Below are positions 27,053 to 37,105 of a DNA stretch of 46,580 bases, in pieces. The notes below the pieces were generated by a model. The model saw only the letters and a program-made list of their open reading frames with translations. It did no database searches and was not told where the DNA came from. Position 1 is the stretch's first letter. Every line of letters begins with the position of its first letter. Position numbers and translations under genes: made by a program. This DNA is from an uncultured bacterium (GTDB taxonomy: Bacteria > AUK180): contig CALMGJ010000017.1 in NCBI GenBank assembly GCA_937863565.1, forward strand, positions 1-46,580. The letters run 5' to 3'.

Positions 27053-28120
27053 ATGAATTTTTTCAAATGGCTTTCCAATATTGACAGGCGCTGGATATAC
27101 CTTCTGATGGCCGTGGTGATCTCGATACCTATTTTTATCAGAGCTCCTGTAAAGGTCAAACCGAGCCCGGATGTCACGATGCTGTACGATTATCTTGAGA
27201 ACCAGGAGGAAGGCATGGGCGTGCTCCTGTCCTTCGATTATTCGCCTGACTCTCTCGCGGAACTCCAGCCGATGGCAAAAGCGCTTTCTTATCATGCACT
27301 GAGCAAGAATCTCAGGCTCATGGGCATTGCGCTTTCATGGCCTTCCGCCGCGGGCCTCGGGATCGAAGCGATAAAATCCCAAGTGGATATCATCAACTCC
27401 GAAGTACTGAAGGACCTTCTTGACAGCGCTGAACAGAACGAGGAAGTGAAGACCTATGCAGCTGAGAAGAAACTTGCGTCGGAAGGATTACGCAAAGAGA
27501 TCCTGTATGTTCTCATTGCCAAACTTGAAAAGGACAAGGAGATAGAGGAAAGGTATTCCGAACTCAAAGGAGTCCTCGAGAAGGCAAGGATATCATCGGA
27601 GATAGTTACATATGAGAAAGAAGTGAGGCTTATCGGAAGGGATTGGTGTTATTTCGGGTACAAACCCGGATATACGCAGATGATACTGGGTATGGGCACC
27701 GATATCGCTACGACCTTGAGCACGGACTATAAAGGGACTTCTCTTCTCAAATATGAGATGTTCAATTCTCCTACCGAAAAAATGAAGAATTACGATAATA
27801 TCGCCGTTTGTATAGACCTTGCCGCAGGCGGCTCCCTCGGTTCCTGGCTGGCCTTTGTGAATACGAAATTCGGCCGGCCGGTAGCGACCGGGGTCACTGC
27901 CGTCATGGCGGCGGATTATTATCCGTATCTGCAGTCAAAACAGATCATAGGACTTCTCAACGGGATGAGAGGCGCCGCAGATTATGAAACGCTCATAGGG
28001 AAACCCGGCCGCGGGCTTTCGGGTATGAGCTCCCAGTCCGCAGCGCATATACTTATCATCATATTCATCATCCTGGGAAATATCGGATACTTCCTCGGCA
28101 AGAAAGGAGGTGAGAAATGA
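27053..28120 (+). CDS. Conserved hypothetical membrane protein with N- and C-terminal TM anchors and a soluble alpha/beta domain (DUF6754 cluster)
   Basis: IDRRWIYL, SFDYSP...ELQPMA, FGYKPG, GVTAVMAADYYPYLQSKQIIGLLNGMRGAADYE, QSAAHILII..IILGNI. Confidence 0.8.
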   Translation: MNFFKWLSNIDRRWIYLLMAVVISIPIFIRAPVKVKPSPDVTMLYDYLENQEEGMGVLLSFDYSPDSLAELQPMAKALSYHALSKNLRLMGIALSWPSAAGLGIEAIKSQVDIINSEVLKDLLDSAEQNEEVKTYAAEKKLASEGLRKEILYVLIAKLEKDKEIEERYSELKGVLEKARISSEIVTYEKEVRLIGRDWCYFGYKPGYTQMILGMGTDIATTLSTDYKGTSLLKYEMFNSPTEKMKNYDNIAVCIDLAAGGSLGSWLAFVNTKFGRPVATGVTAVMAADYYPYLQSKQIIGLLNGMRGAADYETLIGKPGRGLSGMSSQSAAHILIIIFIILGNIGYFLGKKGGEK

Positions 28121-28749
28121 GCGTAATGAACTTCATTGGAACAACACTTGCGGCGATATTCACACTTGCGGTATTCTCCTTCCTTTACAAGGACAATCCA
28201 TTCTACAAATTCGCGGAACATCTTCTCGTCGGGCTCAGCGTCGGTTATTATGTCGGTCAGATCTGGCATACGGCGTTCATATCCTGGATCATAAATCCCG
28301 TGTTCAATGAAAGGCAGTATATCCTTTTCATCCCCATATTCTTCGGACTTTTCTATCTCGGTTTCATACATTCCAAGACCGTTTGGCTGATAAGGATACC
28401 TATAGCGCTTTCGCTCGGCATAGGCAGCGGGTACGGCATCTCGTACTCGTTCCAGACATCGATATTCATCCAGCTAAGGGAGACGATAAACGTGTTCACT
28501 CAGTCCGGCATGGACGCATGGGACGTTATCAAAGCGATACTTCTTGTCGTCGGCGTTTTTTCCGCGATCGTCTATTTCTTCTTCTCGTGGAAACACGAAG
28601 GGGTTGTAGGCTGGATCGCGAAAGTGGGCATATATTTTCTTATGATAGGTTTCGGCGCATCGTTCGGCCTGACGGTCATGGGAAGAATATCCCTGCTCAT
28701 CGGCCGCTTCCTTTTCCTTTTCCAGGACTGGCTGCATATCATTAAATAG
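28117..28749 (+). CDS. Conserved hypothetical multi-pass membrane protein (DUF6754 cluster)
   Basis: TLAVFSFLYKDNPFYKFAEHLLVGLSVGY, YFFFS, FLMIGFGASFGLTVMGRISLLIGR; ATGA coupling and SD AGGAGGTG. Confidence 0.8.
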   Translation: MSVMNFIGTTLAAIFTLAVFSFLYKDNPFYKFAEHLLVGLSVGYYVGQIWHTAFISWIINPVFNERQYILFIPIFFGLFYLGFIHSKTVWLIRIPIALSLGIGSGYGISYSFQTSIFIQLRETINVFTQSGMDAWDVIKAILLVVGVFSAIVYFFFSWKHEGVVGWIAKVGIYFLMIGFGASFGLTVMGRISLLIGRFLFLFQDWLHIIK

Positions 28750-28758
28750 AACGGTTAA

Positions 28759-28790
28759 GCGCGGGAGACCGTCTCCCGCGCATATTTTCT
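28759..28790 (+). terminator. Strong hairpin terminator between convergent operons
   Basis: GCGCGGGAGA-CCG-TCTCCCGCGC followed by ATATTTTCT. Confidence 0.75.
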
Positions 28791-28815
28791 TTGTTTTCTG
28801 AGATCAGTGAACCGG

Positions 28816-31800
28816 TTAACGGAATTTAGTTTTTATCAAAGAGGCAAGAGCGTAATATCTCGGGAACTTGAATTTTTCCTTCATAGCGGCCGCTGCCGCG
28901 CCCAGATCAGAACCATTCCTTATAAGTAAGCGTATCAGAATACTGTAAAAATTCATATCATCCCATGGACAGAAGATGAAAAGAGAATTCTCGTTGGAAT
29001 AAAAGGAGGGAATGACATCGTAACCCACGGCGGCAGGCTCTATGCCCGAAATAACGAGCATGGCAAGATCGGCCGCCTTTCTGAACGGGACTCCGGGATA
29101 GGATGAGAGGAAAGGCTCAATACCGTTGAAAAAACCCCTCTTCAGAACGGCCATGCCGGAAGCCCCGAAATGACCGGCCAGGTCGGTGAGGTACGGCGCG
29201 TCTTCCGAGAAAAAATACGGACCATTGTCTTCAACGGCCTTTCTCTTCAGGGAGAACGGGACCGAGTAAAGCCCGATCTTGCGGTCCTCAAAAATACTGA
29301 AAGGGAAAAGAGCCGTTCTCCGATCCGGAATAAGGGTGATATCCTTCTCGGGGATATCCGAGAAGAACAGATCGGAAAAATAACCTTTTGCGTGATCGAA
29401 CTCCGTGAACCCTGCGATATCGGAGAACAAAGAATGGAAATTCAATGCGTATTCCTCCGCGTCAAAAGCCCTTGATGTCATCGATATCCTGCCGTTTTTT
29501 ATGCGGAAAGTGAAGATCAAACCGTCCAAAAGGACTATTTGGCACGCATTGAACGAATATTGCTCCAGTGCCTCTTCGACCTCTTCCCTGGAATACCTTT
29601 CCTTCAGAATATCGGAATAGTACCCCGTAAGCGCCTCGGCCGGATTCGCGCTGAGGAAATATTTTTTCAAGATGCCTTCCTTGGAAAAGGTGAGACCGTT
29701 TTTTATGATGTCGAGGGAAGCGATATTCCCCAGTTTTAAAAATTCTTCGAAGAGGTTCTCCGTCAATTCAGGTTCGGATGAGGAAAGATCGTTGAGAAGT
29801 TCAACGCGGAGCACACCCGAGATGTTCTTTCCGAGAAGTTCGCGAAGGGCCGCTGTGGCCTTTTCGGGTTTCTCTGCCTTTGCTTTTCTATACTGTGCGA
29901 AATAATAATAATCCTCGTAGTCATATGTCCGTGCCATCTCTTCGAGTATTTTGATCTCGTCCGAAGCTTTAATTCCCAACCTGCTCTTGCAAACGGCGAT
30001 CAGCCTCAGATCGTAGAGGATATTGGCGACATTGTCTGTCTTCACATCCTTCTGATAGATCTCGGAGGCTATCGAAAGAGCTTTTCTATATTCGTTCCCC
30101 GCCATAAAAAGGAGGCATTGATTGGCTCTTATATCGAGAATAGATCCCTCCTGCTTTGATTTAATTGCATATTCCAGGGCTTTCTTAAAGCAATTTCCGG
30201 AACTATCAAGATTATTCAATTCAAATTCTATAAGTCCGAGGAGATTGTATCCCGCGGTAATATCGGAGATCTCCCTGCTTTTAATAAGGCTTTCTGCAAT
30301 GTTCCTCGCTTTTAAAAGATCGCGCCTTTTTAGGCATGCCACGCCGAGTATTGCCGAAGCCCTTTCCGCATCGATAAATTCGCTATACTTCTCGATAAGC
30401 CCGCCTATCTCGTAATTCCCGCATTCGATATTGTTGCGGAGGTATTCGAGGAAGTAGGGGCCTATGTTCTCTCCTTTCAGCTTTTCAAGATCGAGCCGAA
30501 TGCCCTCTTCAAAAAGATTCAGCGAGCCTAAGGGGTCCTTCTTGAAAAGATAAAGGTAGTGCGCGTAATTCAAAATGATCCTGCTCATATGCATGGTATC
30601 CGAACCGCTATTGTATTCCCTGTACAATTCGGAAGAAAGATCGAACGCTTTCTTTAACATTCCATTCGAAGCGTAAACATCGATCTGACTGAGCTGTATA
30701 GGAATAAGATATCCCGTGTCCCCCGCGAATTTCTCCTGCATGATCTTCGCTGTCGCCAAAGCCTTCTCGGTGTCGCCCATGGCATTGTGTATTGCGATCA
30801 GATTGCTGAGGAGCCTGTAAAGATCATCCTTGTGCGTTTCGGGATCAATGATACCGTCCAGCACTTTGTTGATATAATAAACGGCAATCTCATAATCGCG
30901 GGTCATATAAAGTGCGCGGATGAAATAATTGAATATCTTCATCTTTTGGGCATCTTCAAGGGGATCTCCGTAAATATTGATCAGATTATTGAAATAGATC
31001 GCGGCAAGCTGCCATTTTTTGCCCTTGTATGCATCAATGGCCAGATCAAGATAGTATTGGAATTTTGAATTGATGAAGAACGGGATCTCTTCCTTTTTCA
31101 ATCCCCTGAAACCGAAGAATAAGGAATCCGGCGATGAGAGGACATCGAATTTATTTTCTCCTTTCATGCGCTCCGGGGGGATGTCGGAAAAACCTGAAAA
31201 AGTGGATATGCCCGAAAAGGTCAAAAGAGGCACAAGAAGTTCCGTGATACTGTAATCGGGGAGTTCCCGCAGGAACAAGTGATAGGGCGTCTGCCTCTCG
31301 CCGAGAAGCGCTTTTACAAAAAGCGGCCCTATCCTGAGGTCATTCACATTGCTGCCTTCTATATATGCGTTGATGATCCCCCAACCGCCGAGCTTCGCCG
31401 TGTTTTCATCAACGTTCAGGACCATTTCGGGATTATAGTTGAAATTCACGAGAGAGTAGTAAAGAAAGTTCAGAGAAGTGGAATTGGCCATACCGGGCAC
31501 GAATTTAGTATTATAGGACACGGCATAATCATATTTCAACCCGCCCGTATCTGTTATTCCGAGCATTTCATAACCGTCCCAGAGCACAAAGATATTAGCC
31601 GCCCAGTCGCAGAATAAGATCCTTTTACCTTCGAAAGACCCCAGCATCTCCTTTATGTCCCTTGTGAAAACGCGGATGAAAAAATTGACATAGGAAGCGG
31701 GATTCTGCTTGAGCTCCTCGTCGATCTCGAGAAGCAGCCTGTCCTTGTCCGTGTCACGCCGGAAGAGCTTCTCTTTTAGGAAACGCGCATTTTTAAAAAA

Positions 31801-34800
31801 GATATTATCCAGCTCACCCGAGAAGACGATATCCTCTTCGGATACGGAATTGAAAAATTCGAGAGAGCGGCACTGTTCCTTTAAGCGCACGAAACCCAAA
31901 AAATCCCCTTCCCTGTATAGGTCTTGCGCCTTCCGGTTCAGAAGGTTTACCGCTGCCGGCATCAGAGAACCCGGTATTTTCTCGAAAGTGTTCAGAAGGG
32001 AATCCACTGCTTTCACATTATTCCCGGCAAGCATTTGAAAGTACCAGATCAGTCCGCAGCGCGGAAAGTTCTCCACAGTACGCAGGGCGTCTTCAAGATA
32101 AGGTCTTCCATCTCCGCCCCCTATGCCTGCAAGAAAATATTTCGTTAAAAAAAGCAGCGCTCTCGTTTTAAAATGAGCATCTTTATTCCTTTCTAAAAAA
32201 TCATCAATGAGATGTTCCAATTGGATAAGGTTCCCGTAGATCTTTTCGAATTCGTCCAGATTCTTCTCCAGGTCCAGCGAAACGGAGAATTCCTTAAGGC
32301 CTTGCGTCTCGAGAAGGGCGCGCTGGAAAAGAGAGAGTCCCACGCCTTCCGTTAAAGCATTGCCGCTTTTAACGATCTTCACATAATCGGAAAATGGGAT
32401 GATCTCCCTGAAATCTCTCCGAGCGAAATTCCCGGAATAGATATTTACGAGATTCGCAAGTCTGCCTCTGTTCGACTTGATATCCTCGAGTATGGACATG
32501 CTGTCGGTAAAACGCTTTACCGCTTCATCGATCTTCTTCTCGCGAAGGCTGTTCAATCCGAAATGGTTCAACACAATGGCGCTTTCCTCGCTTTTCTTCT
32601 CTTTCTTGGAAAGGAACGCCATGCGCGCACCTAGATAACGGTTTGCATCCGCATACCTTCCGAGTTTCGAGTACACCATGATAAGGCCGTTATATATCTC
32701 TTTTCTTATGGCGGTAGGAGGGTCCTTCATATAGTCGGCTTTTTTCACGCCGAACGGATTAATGAAGGCTTCGAAATCAAAAAGACCTTTACGGTCGAAT
32801 TTATATGTCTTAAGCTCATCGAGAGCTTTCAGAAAATACTCCTCGGCGCTTTTATTGTCATTGAGTTCAAGGCAGATATTCGCGTACAATTTATATTCCA
32901 TTGTGAAGTTGGCGCCCAGCTGTTTTTCCTTTTCGCCTATAAGCGACATGACATTGACAAGGGCGTCATTATATCTTCCGTTAATGTAGTTCAGGAATGA
33001 AAGGTACCGGAGTATGCGTATGCGGTAACGCAGATCCTCTCCGTACTTCATTGCCTTCTGAAGTACATCCACTGCTTCCCTGTACTTTTTATTGATATTG
33101 TAAGTTCTGGCAAGGATCAGGGAGTCGTTCACCGCCTGTTCAGCATTGAAGAAGAACCCGAACTGCTGAAAACGCATTGAGAGATAATAATCTAAGTTCT
33201 CGTAATCCTCAAGCGAGTAAAAACATTTTCCGAGATATGAAAGTATCAGAGCATTGATGTATATGGTATCATTGGAACTCAGATTGAGCGCTTTCAAAAG
33301 ACTGTCCTTCGCTTTTTCGAAATTACCGCTCATGAAATAGTATATGCCCGTTACGGCGAGCAGATATGGTTCCTCCCACTTACCCAGAGCCCCTCTCATC
33401 CTCAAAGAAGGTATCTTTTTCTCGAGGAAAAAATCACACATAGTCCTCTTGTAGAGATACATATCGTCGTTTTTCCCCAGATTCTTCGCTATGATCGAAA
33501 GCTTATCGCGGGCATTCTCTTTCAAGTAGAAAAAATACCAGAATATCATCCGCGGTTCGTTCGGATAGAACGTATACAGCCGTTCAATAATGTTCATGTC
33601 CTTTTCACGGAAAATACTTTCCACATTAAGAAGCTTCATGATCTCGCTTTTTATCCCGGGAGCTTCCCGGTCGGCCTTTTTCAATGTTCTCGCGATAACC
33701 TCGGTATCGCGGTCATCTACTGCGATCTTTATCTTCAAAAGCTGAGCCTCGGGTTTTTCATTGTCCTTTATCAGTTCAAATGCGTTCTTATTGAGGCCGA
33801 GTCGGTTCAGCATCTCGGCTTTTAAAAGAAGCGCATCTTCGTCGTTGCGGATCCTCTCCAGGAAATAGAGCTTTTCCCAAAGGCTTATCAGATCAGAGCT
33901 GAACGCTTCATCCAGAAGGCCGATGAAACGCCCTTTATCCTCTTTTCCAGCCGCCGCGAAGAACGAATCCCAGAGATCGAGGATCTCACGGATATCGCCG
34001 AATTTGGAATAAACGGAAGAGATATTGATCTGAGCCGAATTAAGAACGGGCCTGTTCCGCGCACGGTCCCTAACGGCCCTGAAAACAGCCAGAGCATCTT
34101 CATAGCGTTTGCCGCTAAAAAGATATGATCCCCAGAGAAGATCGATGCTGTCCCTGAATTTCGGTGCCAAAGCAAGATATTCCCCGTATTTCTCTTCATT
34201 AAGGCTTCCTTTCATATAATCGGTAAGAAGAAAGAAATAATTTTTCAACTGCGGGTCTACACGGTCGGCCGTCAGTTCTAAGTAATACCCGGCCTTCGTA
34301 TAGTCTCTTTTCCTCAGATAAAGAACGAACAGGTCTTTCTCGATATTGATATTGCTGCCTTTCAAAGCCAGGAAGCGCTCCAGAGCAAATATCTCTTCGT
34401 CCGTCCCGCTGAAACGGTAATCGCCGATATCCGCTTCATCTGTAAAGAGGGGGGCTGCGCCGTCCATGCTGAATTTTACAATATCGAAATTCTTATCCCG
34501 TTTCGCAGCAATAAGATCACTTCCGCTCACGTTCAAAGTAACAACGGGAGAATTATCGTAGAACAATGGAAGCTTGGTTCCATTCATGATCATATAAACG
34601 CGGTTATCCGCTTCGCAGAAGAACAGCCGGTCATTGAGCATCACGGGATAGAAAACGTCCGTATCGTTCTTATGAACAATTTTTATTTCTCCTGAACGGA
34701 ACATGTAATGAAACACCTCATTCCCGCAGGAGAACAATATGCCGCCGGAATATTTGAAAGGATATCGTCCGTCAGCTATCTTTTTTTTTTCTTTTTTTCT

Positions 34801-35229
34801 TGTGGAATAGAGTATCAATTGATTATTGGAAGAGTAGCAGACATTATCCTTGTCAATAAAGCACGCCCCCTCAAAAGAGCGGCCTCTTTCTATGATGATG
34901 TTTTTTGATCTTTTCACATCGTATTTCTTAAGCGAACCCCTTGAATCTTCTTTATTGGAGATCCAGAGGATATCATCCTCATCAGGACTTACATCAAAAC
35001 CGTCCGCAAGAACGAACTCGTCCATGATCACCGAAAGTTCGCCGCGGACCGTTCTTTTCATTATAGAGATCCTGTCCTTCTGGTATTTAATGAAATAAAG
35101 ATCACCGTTTCTTATCACCGGGAATATCTCATTACCCGTGTAATTGGTTATCTTGTTTAGCGCCGATATGTGACTTGTCAAGAAAAAAAGAAAAAATAAG
35201 AGCGTGGCCCTTCGGATCATTTTTCGCAT
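28816..35229 (-). CDS. Giant exported protein (2137 aa): N-terminal TolB-like propeller, long TPR arrays, degenerate CHAT-like C-terminus
   Basis: Signal-like N-terminus; FDVSPDEDDILWISN propeller pattern; many TPR helices (YFMSGNFEKAKDSLLKAL, YNLLGLIEFELNNLDSSGNCFKKAL); C-terminal ITLIPD...FPFSIF and PRYYA. Confidence 0.75.
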   Translation of the reverse strand: MRKMIRRATLLFFLFFLTSHISALNKITNYTGNEIFPVIRNGDLYFIKYQKDRISIMKRTVRGELSVIMDEFVLADGFDVSPDEDDILWISNKEDSRGSLKKYDVKRSKNIIIERGRSFEGACFIDKDNVCYSSNNQLILYSTRKKEKKKIADGRYPFKYSGGILFSCGNEVFHYMFRSGEIKIVHKNDTDVFYPVMLNDRLFFCEADNRVYMIMNGTKLPLFYDNSPVVTLNVSGSDLIAAKRDKNFDIVKFSMDGAAPLFTDEADIGDYRFSGTDEEIFALERFLALKGSNINIEKDLFVLYLRKRDYTKAGYYLELTADRVDPQLKNYFFLLTDYMKGSLNEEKYGEYLALAPKFRDSIDLLWGSYLFSGKRYEDALAVFRAVRDRARNRPVLNSAQINISSVYSKFGDIREILDLWDSFFAAAGKEDKGRFIGLLDEAFSSDLISLWEKLYFLERIRNDEDALLLKAEMLNRLGLNKNAFELIKDNEKPEAQLLKIKIAVDDRDTEVIARTLKKADREAPGIKSEIMKLLNVESIFREKDMNIIERLYTFYPNEPRMIFWYFFYLKENARDKLSIIAKNLGKNDDMYLYKRTMCDFFLEKKIPSLRMRGALGKWEEPYLLAVTGIYYFMSGNFEKAKDSLLKALNLSSNDTIYINALILSYLGKCFYSLEDYENLDYYLSMRFQQFGFFFNAEQAVNDSLILARTYNINKKYREAVDVLQKAMKYGEDLRYRIRILRYLSFLNYINGRYNDALVNVMSLIGEKEKQLGANFTMEYKLYANICLELNDNKSAEEYFLKALDELKTYKFDRKGLFDFEAFINPFGVKKADYMKDPPTAIRKEIYNGLIMVYSKLGRYADANRYLGARMAFLSKKEKKSEESAIVLNHFGLNSLREKKIDEAVKRFTDSMSILEDIKSNRGRLANLVNIYSGNFARRDFREIIPFSDYVKIVKSGNALTEGVGLSLFQRALLETQGLKEFSVSLDLEKNLDEFEKIYGNLIQLEHLIDDFLERNKDAHFKTRALLFLTKYFLAGIGGGDGRPYLEDALRTVENFPRCGLIWYFQMLAGNNVKAVDSLLNTFEKIPGSLMPAAVNLLNRKAQDLYREGDFLGFVRLKEQCRSLEFFNSVSEEDIVFSGELDNIFFKNARFLKEKLFRRDTDKDRLLLEIDEELKQNPASYVNFFIRVFTRDIKEMLGSFEGKRILFCDWAANIFVLWDGYEMLGITDTGGLKYDYAVSYNTKFVPGMANSTSLNFLYYSLVNFNYNPEMVLNVDENTAKLGGWGIINAYIEGSNVNDLRIGPLFVKALLGERQTPYHLFLRELPDYSITELLVPLLTFSGISTFSGFSDIPPERMKGENKFDVLSSPDSLFFGFRGLKKEEIPFFINSKFQYYLDLAIDAYKGKKWQLAAIYFNNLINIYGDPLEDAQKMKIFNYFIRALYMTRDYEIAVYYINKVLDGIIDPETHKDDLYRLLSNLIAIHNAMGDTEKALATAKIMQEKFAGDTGYLIPIQLSQIDVYASNGMLKKAFDLSSELYREYNSGSDTMHMSRIILNYAHYLYLFKKDPLGSLNLFEEGIRLDLEKLKGENIGPYFLEYLRNNIECGNYEIGGLIEKYSEFIDAERASAILGVACLKRRDLLKARNIAESLIKSREISDITAGYNLLGLIEFELNNLDSSGNCFKKALEYAIKSKQEGSILDIRANQCLLFMAGNEYRKALSIASEIYQKDVKTDNVANILYDLRLIAVCKSRLGIKASDEIKILEEMARTYDYEDYYYFAQYRKAKAEKPEKATAALRELLGKNISGVLRVELLNDLSSSEPELTENLFEEFLKLGNIASLDIIKNGLTFSKEGILKKYFLSANPAEALTGYYSDILKERYSREEVEEALEQYSFNACQIVLLDGLIFTFRIKNGRISMTSRAFDAEEYALNFHSLFSDIAGFTEFDHAKGYFSDLFFSDIPEKDITLIPDRRTALFPFSIFEDRKIGLYSVPFSLKRKAVEDNGPYFFSEDAPYLTDLAGHFGASGMAVLKRGFFNGIEPFLSSYPGVPFRKAADLAMLVISGIEPAAVGYDVIPSFYSNENSLFIFCPWDDMNFYSILIRLLIRNGSDLGAAAAAMKEKFKFPRYYALASLIKTKFR

Positions 35230-36896
35230 ATGAGACCGTCCAGGACCAGAATATCCATATGCGTTTTTACAAAAGTTTCAACCGCGTCCTTCGGGGAACA
35301 AACGATAGGTTCTCCCCTGAGATTGAAAGAAGTATTGATAATGACGGGAACGCCGGTGATCTTCCCGAATTCGCTCACAATGCGGTATATTTTCGGATTT
35401 TCCCTCTCATTAACTGTTTGGACACGGCCCGTATTATCCACATGGATGCCCGCCTTGAAAGAATCCTTTTCCGGCATTACGGGAAGACAGAGGATCATGA
35501 AAGGCGAAGTTGTTCCCGTTGAACCGAAAAAGGATTCGAAATCCTCTTCACGGACAACCGGCGCAAAAGGTCTGAAACTCTCCCGGTGTTTGACTTTCTC
35601 GTTGAGGATGTCCTTCATGGCAGGGTCTCTCGAATCGGTCAGTATCGACCTCCCGCCAAGCGCTCTTTGACCCATCTCCATCCGTCCTTCAAACCAGCCG
35701 ACGATCTTGCCCTGCGCGAGCTTAGATGCAATATAGGCCTCGGTATCATCAACCGTCCGGAAGCTCAATCCTGCCTCGGTCAGAGCTTTCTCGGATACCT
35801 CTTTGCTGTATGACGGACCCCAGAAAAGATTGGTGAGTTTTTCAAAGCCGGTCTGTTTACCGGCATTCTTGGTTAAAAAGGCGTAAAGAAATGCGGCACA
35901 ACCCACAGCCGCCCCGCCGTCCCCGCCTATCGGAAGAAAGAAATATTCGTCGAAAATGCCGCTTTTAAGAAGCTTTCCGTTCATTACGGAATTAAGGACC
36001 ACCCCTCCGCCGTAGCAAACCCGGGAACTACCTGTGATCTCCTTCGCATGGGCGCTTATCTTCAGGGCTATCTCTTCGAGAAACCACTGAAGAGTTGCCG
36101 CGAGATCCTCATCCCTTTTCGTAATAGGGCCCTCAGGTATGCGTGGCTCTCCGAACAAGCGGATCATCTCCTTTGAATACATCCGCTTCGAGTGCTCATA
36201 AGCGAAATACTTCCTGTTCAACTTGAAACTTCCGTCATCGAATATCCTGAGGAGACGGGAGAACTCCTGTTTCATCGCGGGTTTGCCGTAGGAAGCAAGC
36301 CCCATCACCTTTCCTTCACCGCTGTTCACTTTGAAACCCAGAAAAGCGGTTATCGCCGAATATAAAAGGCCCAGCGAATCTGGAAAATCCATTACTTTGA
36401 GGATCTCGATATCATTGCCGTTTCCCTTTGAAATGGAGAGAGTGTTCCATTCTCCAACGCCGTCGAAAGTGATCACGGCGCTTTGTGTAAATCCTGAAAG
36501 GAAAAATGCCGCTGCGGCATGCGAAAGGTGATGACTAACGAAATACGGGATTTTACCGAGTTTTCTTTTAATAAAATACTTTATATGGAGCTTTGATCTG
36601 ACCCAGGAGGGGATAACTTGATGAAATGTTCCGTATCCGAGAGGAAAATTACGTATATAAGTATCCAGTATACGGTCGAATTTAAGGAAAGGTTTCTCAT
36701 AAAAGACGATATGATCGATATCGCCGGAGCTGATCTTTCTGAACTTTAAGCAAAAATCGATAGCCTGCTCCGGCCATCCGTGATCATGCTTAATCCGGGA
36801 AAACCGTTCTTCGGCGGCCGCGGCAACGATCTTGCCATTCTCGAGAAGACAGGCGGAAGAATCATGATAAAAGGCCGAGATGCCGAGTATGATCAT
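35217..36896 (-). CDS. Carbamoyltransferase (NodU/CmcH family)
   Basis: ILGISAFYHDSSACL, AEERFSRIKH, HHLSHAA, DGVGE, GEGKVMGLASYG, RALGGRSIL, KHRESFRPFAP, NTSFNLRGEPIV. Confidence 0.95.
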   Translation of the reverse strand: MIILGISAFYHDSSACLLENGKIVAAAAEERFSRIKHDHGWPEQAIDFCLKFRKISSGDIDHIVFYEKPFLKFDRILDTYIRNFPLGYGTFHQVIPSWVRSKLHIKYFIKRKLGKIPYFVSHHLSHAAAAFFLSGFTQSAVITFDGVGEWNTLSISKGNGNDIEILKVMDFPDSLGLLYSAITAFLGFKVNSGEGKVMGLASYGKPAMKQEFSRLLRIFDDGSFKLNRKYFAYEHSKRMYSKEMIRLFGEPRIPEGPITKRDEDLAATLQWFLEEIALKISAHAKEITGSSRVCYGGGVVLNSVMNGKLLKSGIFDEYFFLPIGGDGGAAVGCAAFLYAFLTKNAGKQTGFEKLTNLFWGPSYSKEVSEKALTEAGLSFRTVDDTEAYIASKLAQGKIVGWFEGRMEMGQRALGGRSILTDSRDPAMKDILNEKVKHRESFRPFAPVVREEDFESFFGSTGTTSPFMILCLPVMPEKDSFKAGIHVDNTGRVQTVNERENPKIYRIVSEFGKITGVPVIINTSFNLRGEPIVCSPKDAVETFVKTHMDILVLDGLICEK

Positions 36897-36897
36897 G

Positions 36898-37104
36898 TCA
36901 ATAACCCTTGAAAAACGTCTTTAAAACGGGTTTTCCATCCCGGTACCGTTTGTAATTGGTTTTAGCGGAACTATCTCTCAGAAGGGAGAATAACATATAA
37001 AAAACCTTGAACAGGCCGAAAATGATAAAGAACAGAATACCCATGAAAAAGTGGGTTTCGATTTTGCCCAGGATATTTAAAACGGCTTTGGCGATCTTCT
37101 TCAC
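36898..37104 (-). CDS. Short SxtJ-like membrane protein (68 aa)
   Basis: GTG start 1 nt after the DUF5989 stop; LGKIETHFFMGILFFIIF hydrophobic segment and terminal aromatic residue; position typical of the DUF5989/SxtJ/carbamoyltransferase cassette. Confidence 0.6.
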   Translation of the reverse strand: MKKIAKAVLNILGKIETHFFMGILFFIIFGLFKVFYMLFSLLRDSSAKTNYKRYRDGKPVLKTFFKGY

Positions 37105-37105
37105 T

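Noticed and set aside
26336-27295. 319-aa minus-strand ORF across the DUF6754 operon
   Set aside because: Antisense shadow with an atypical H/R/D-rich composition explained by sense-strand codon bias.
28816-35229. Craspase or Avs-type anti-phage TPR-CHAT defence system
   Set aside because: Signal-peptide-like N-terminus, no visible catalytic dyad, no NTPase motif, and no cas, gasdermin-like or other defence neighbours.
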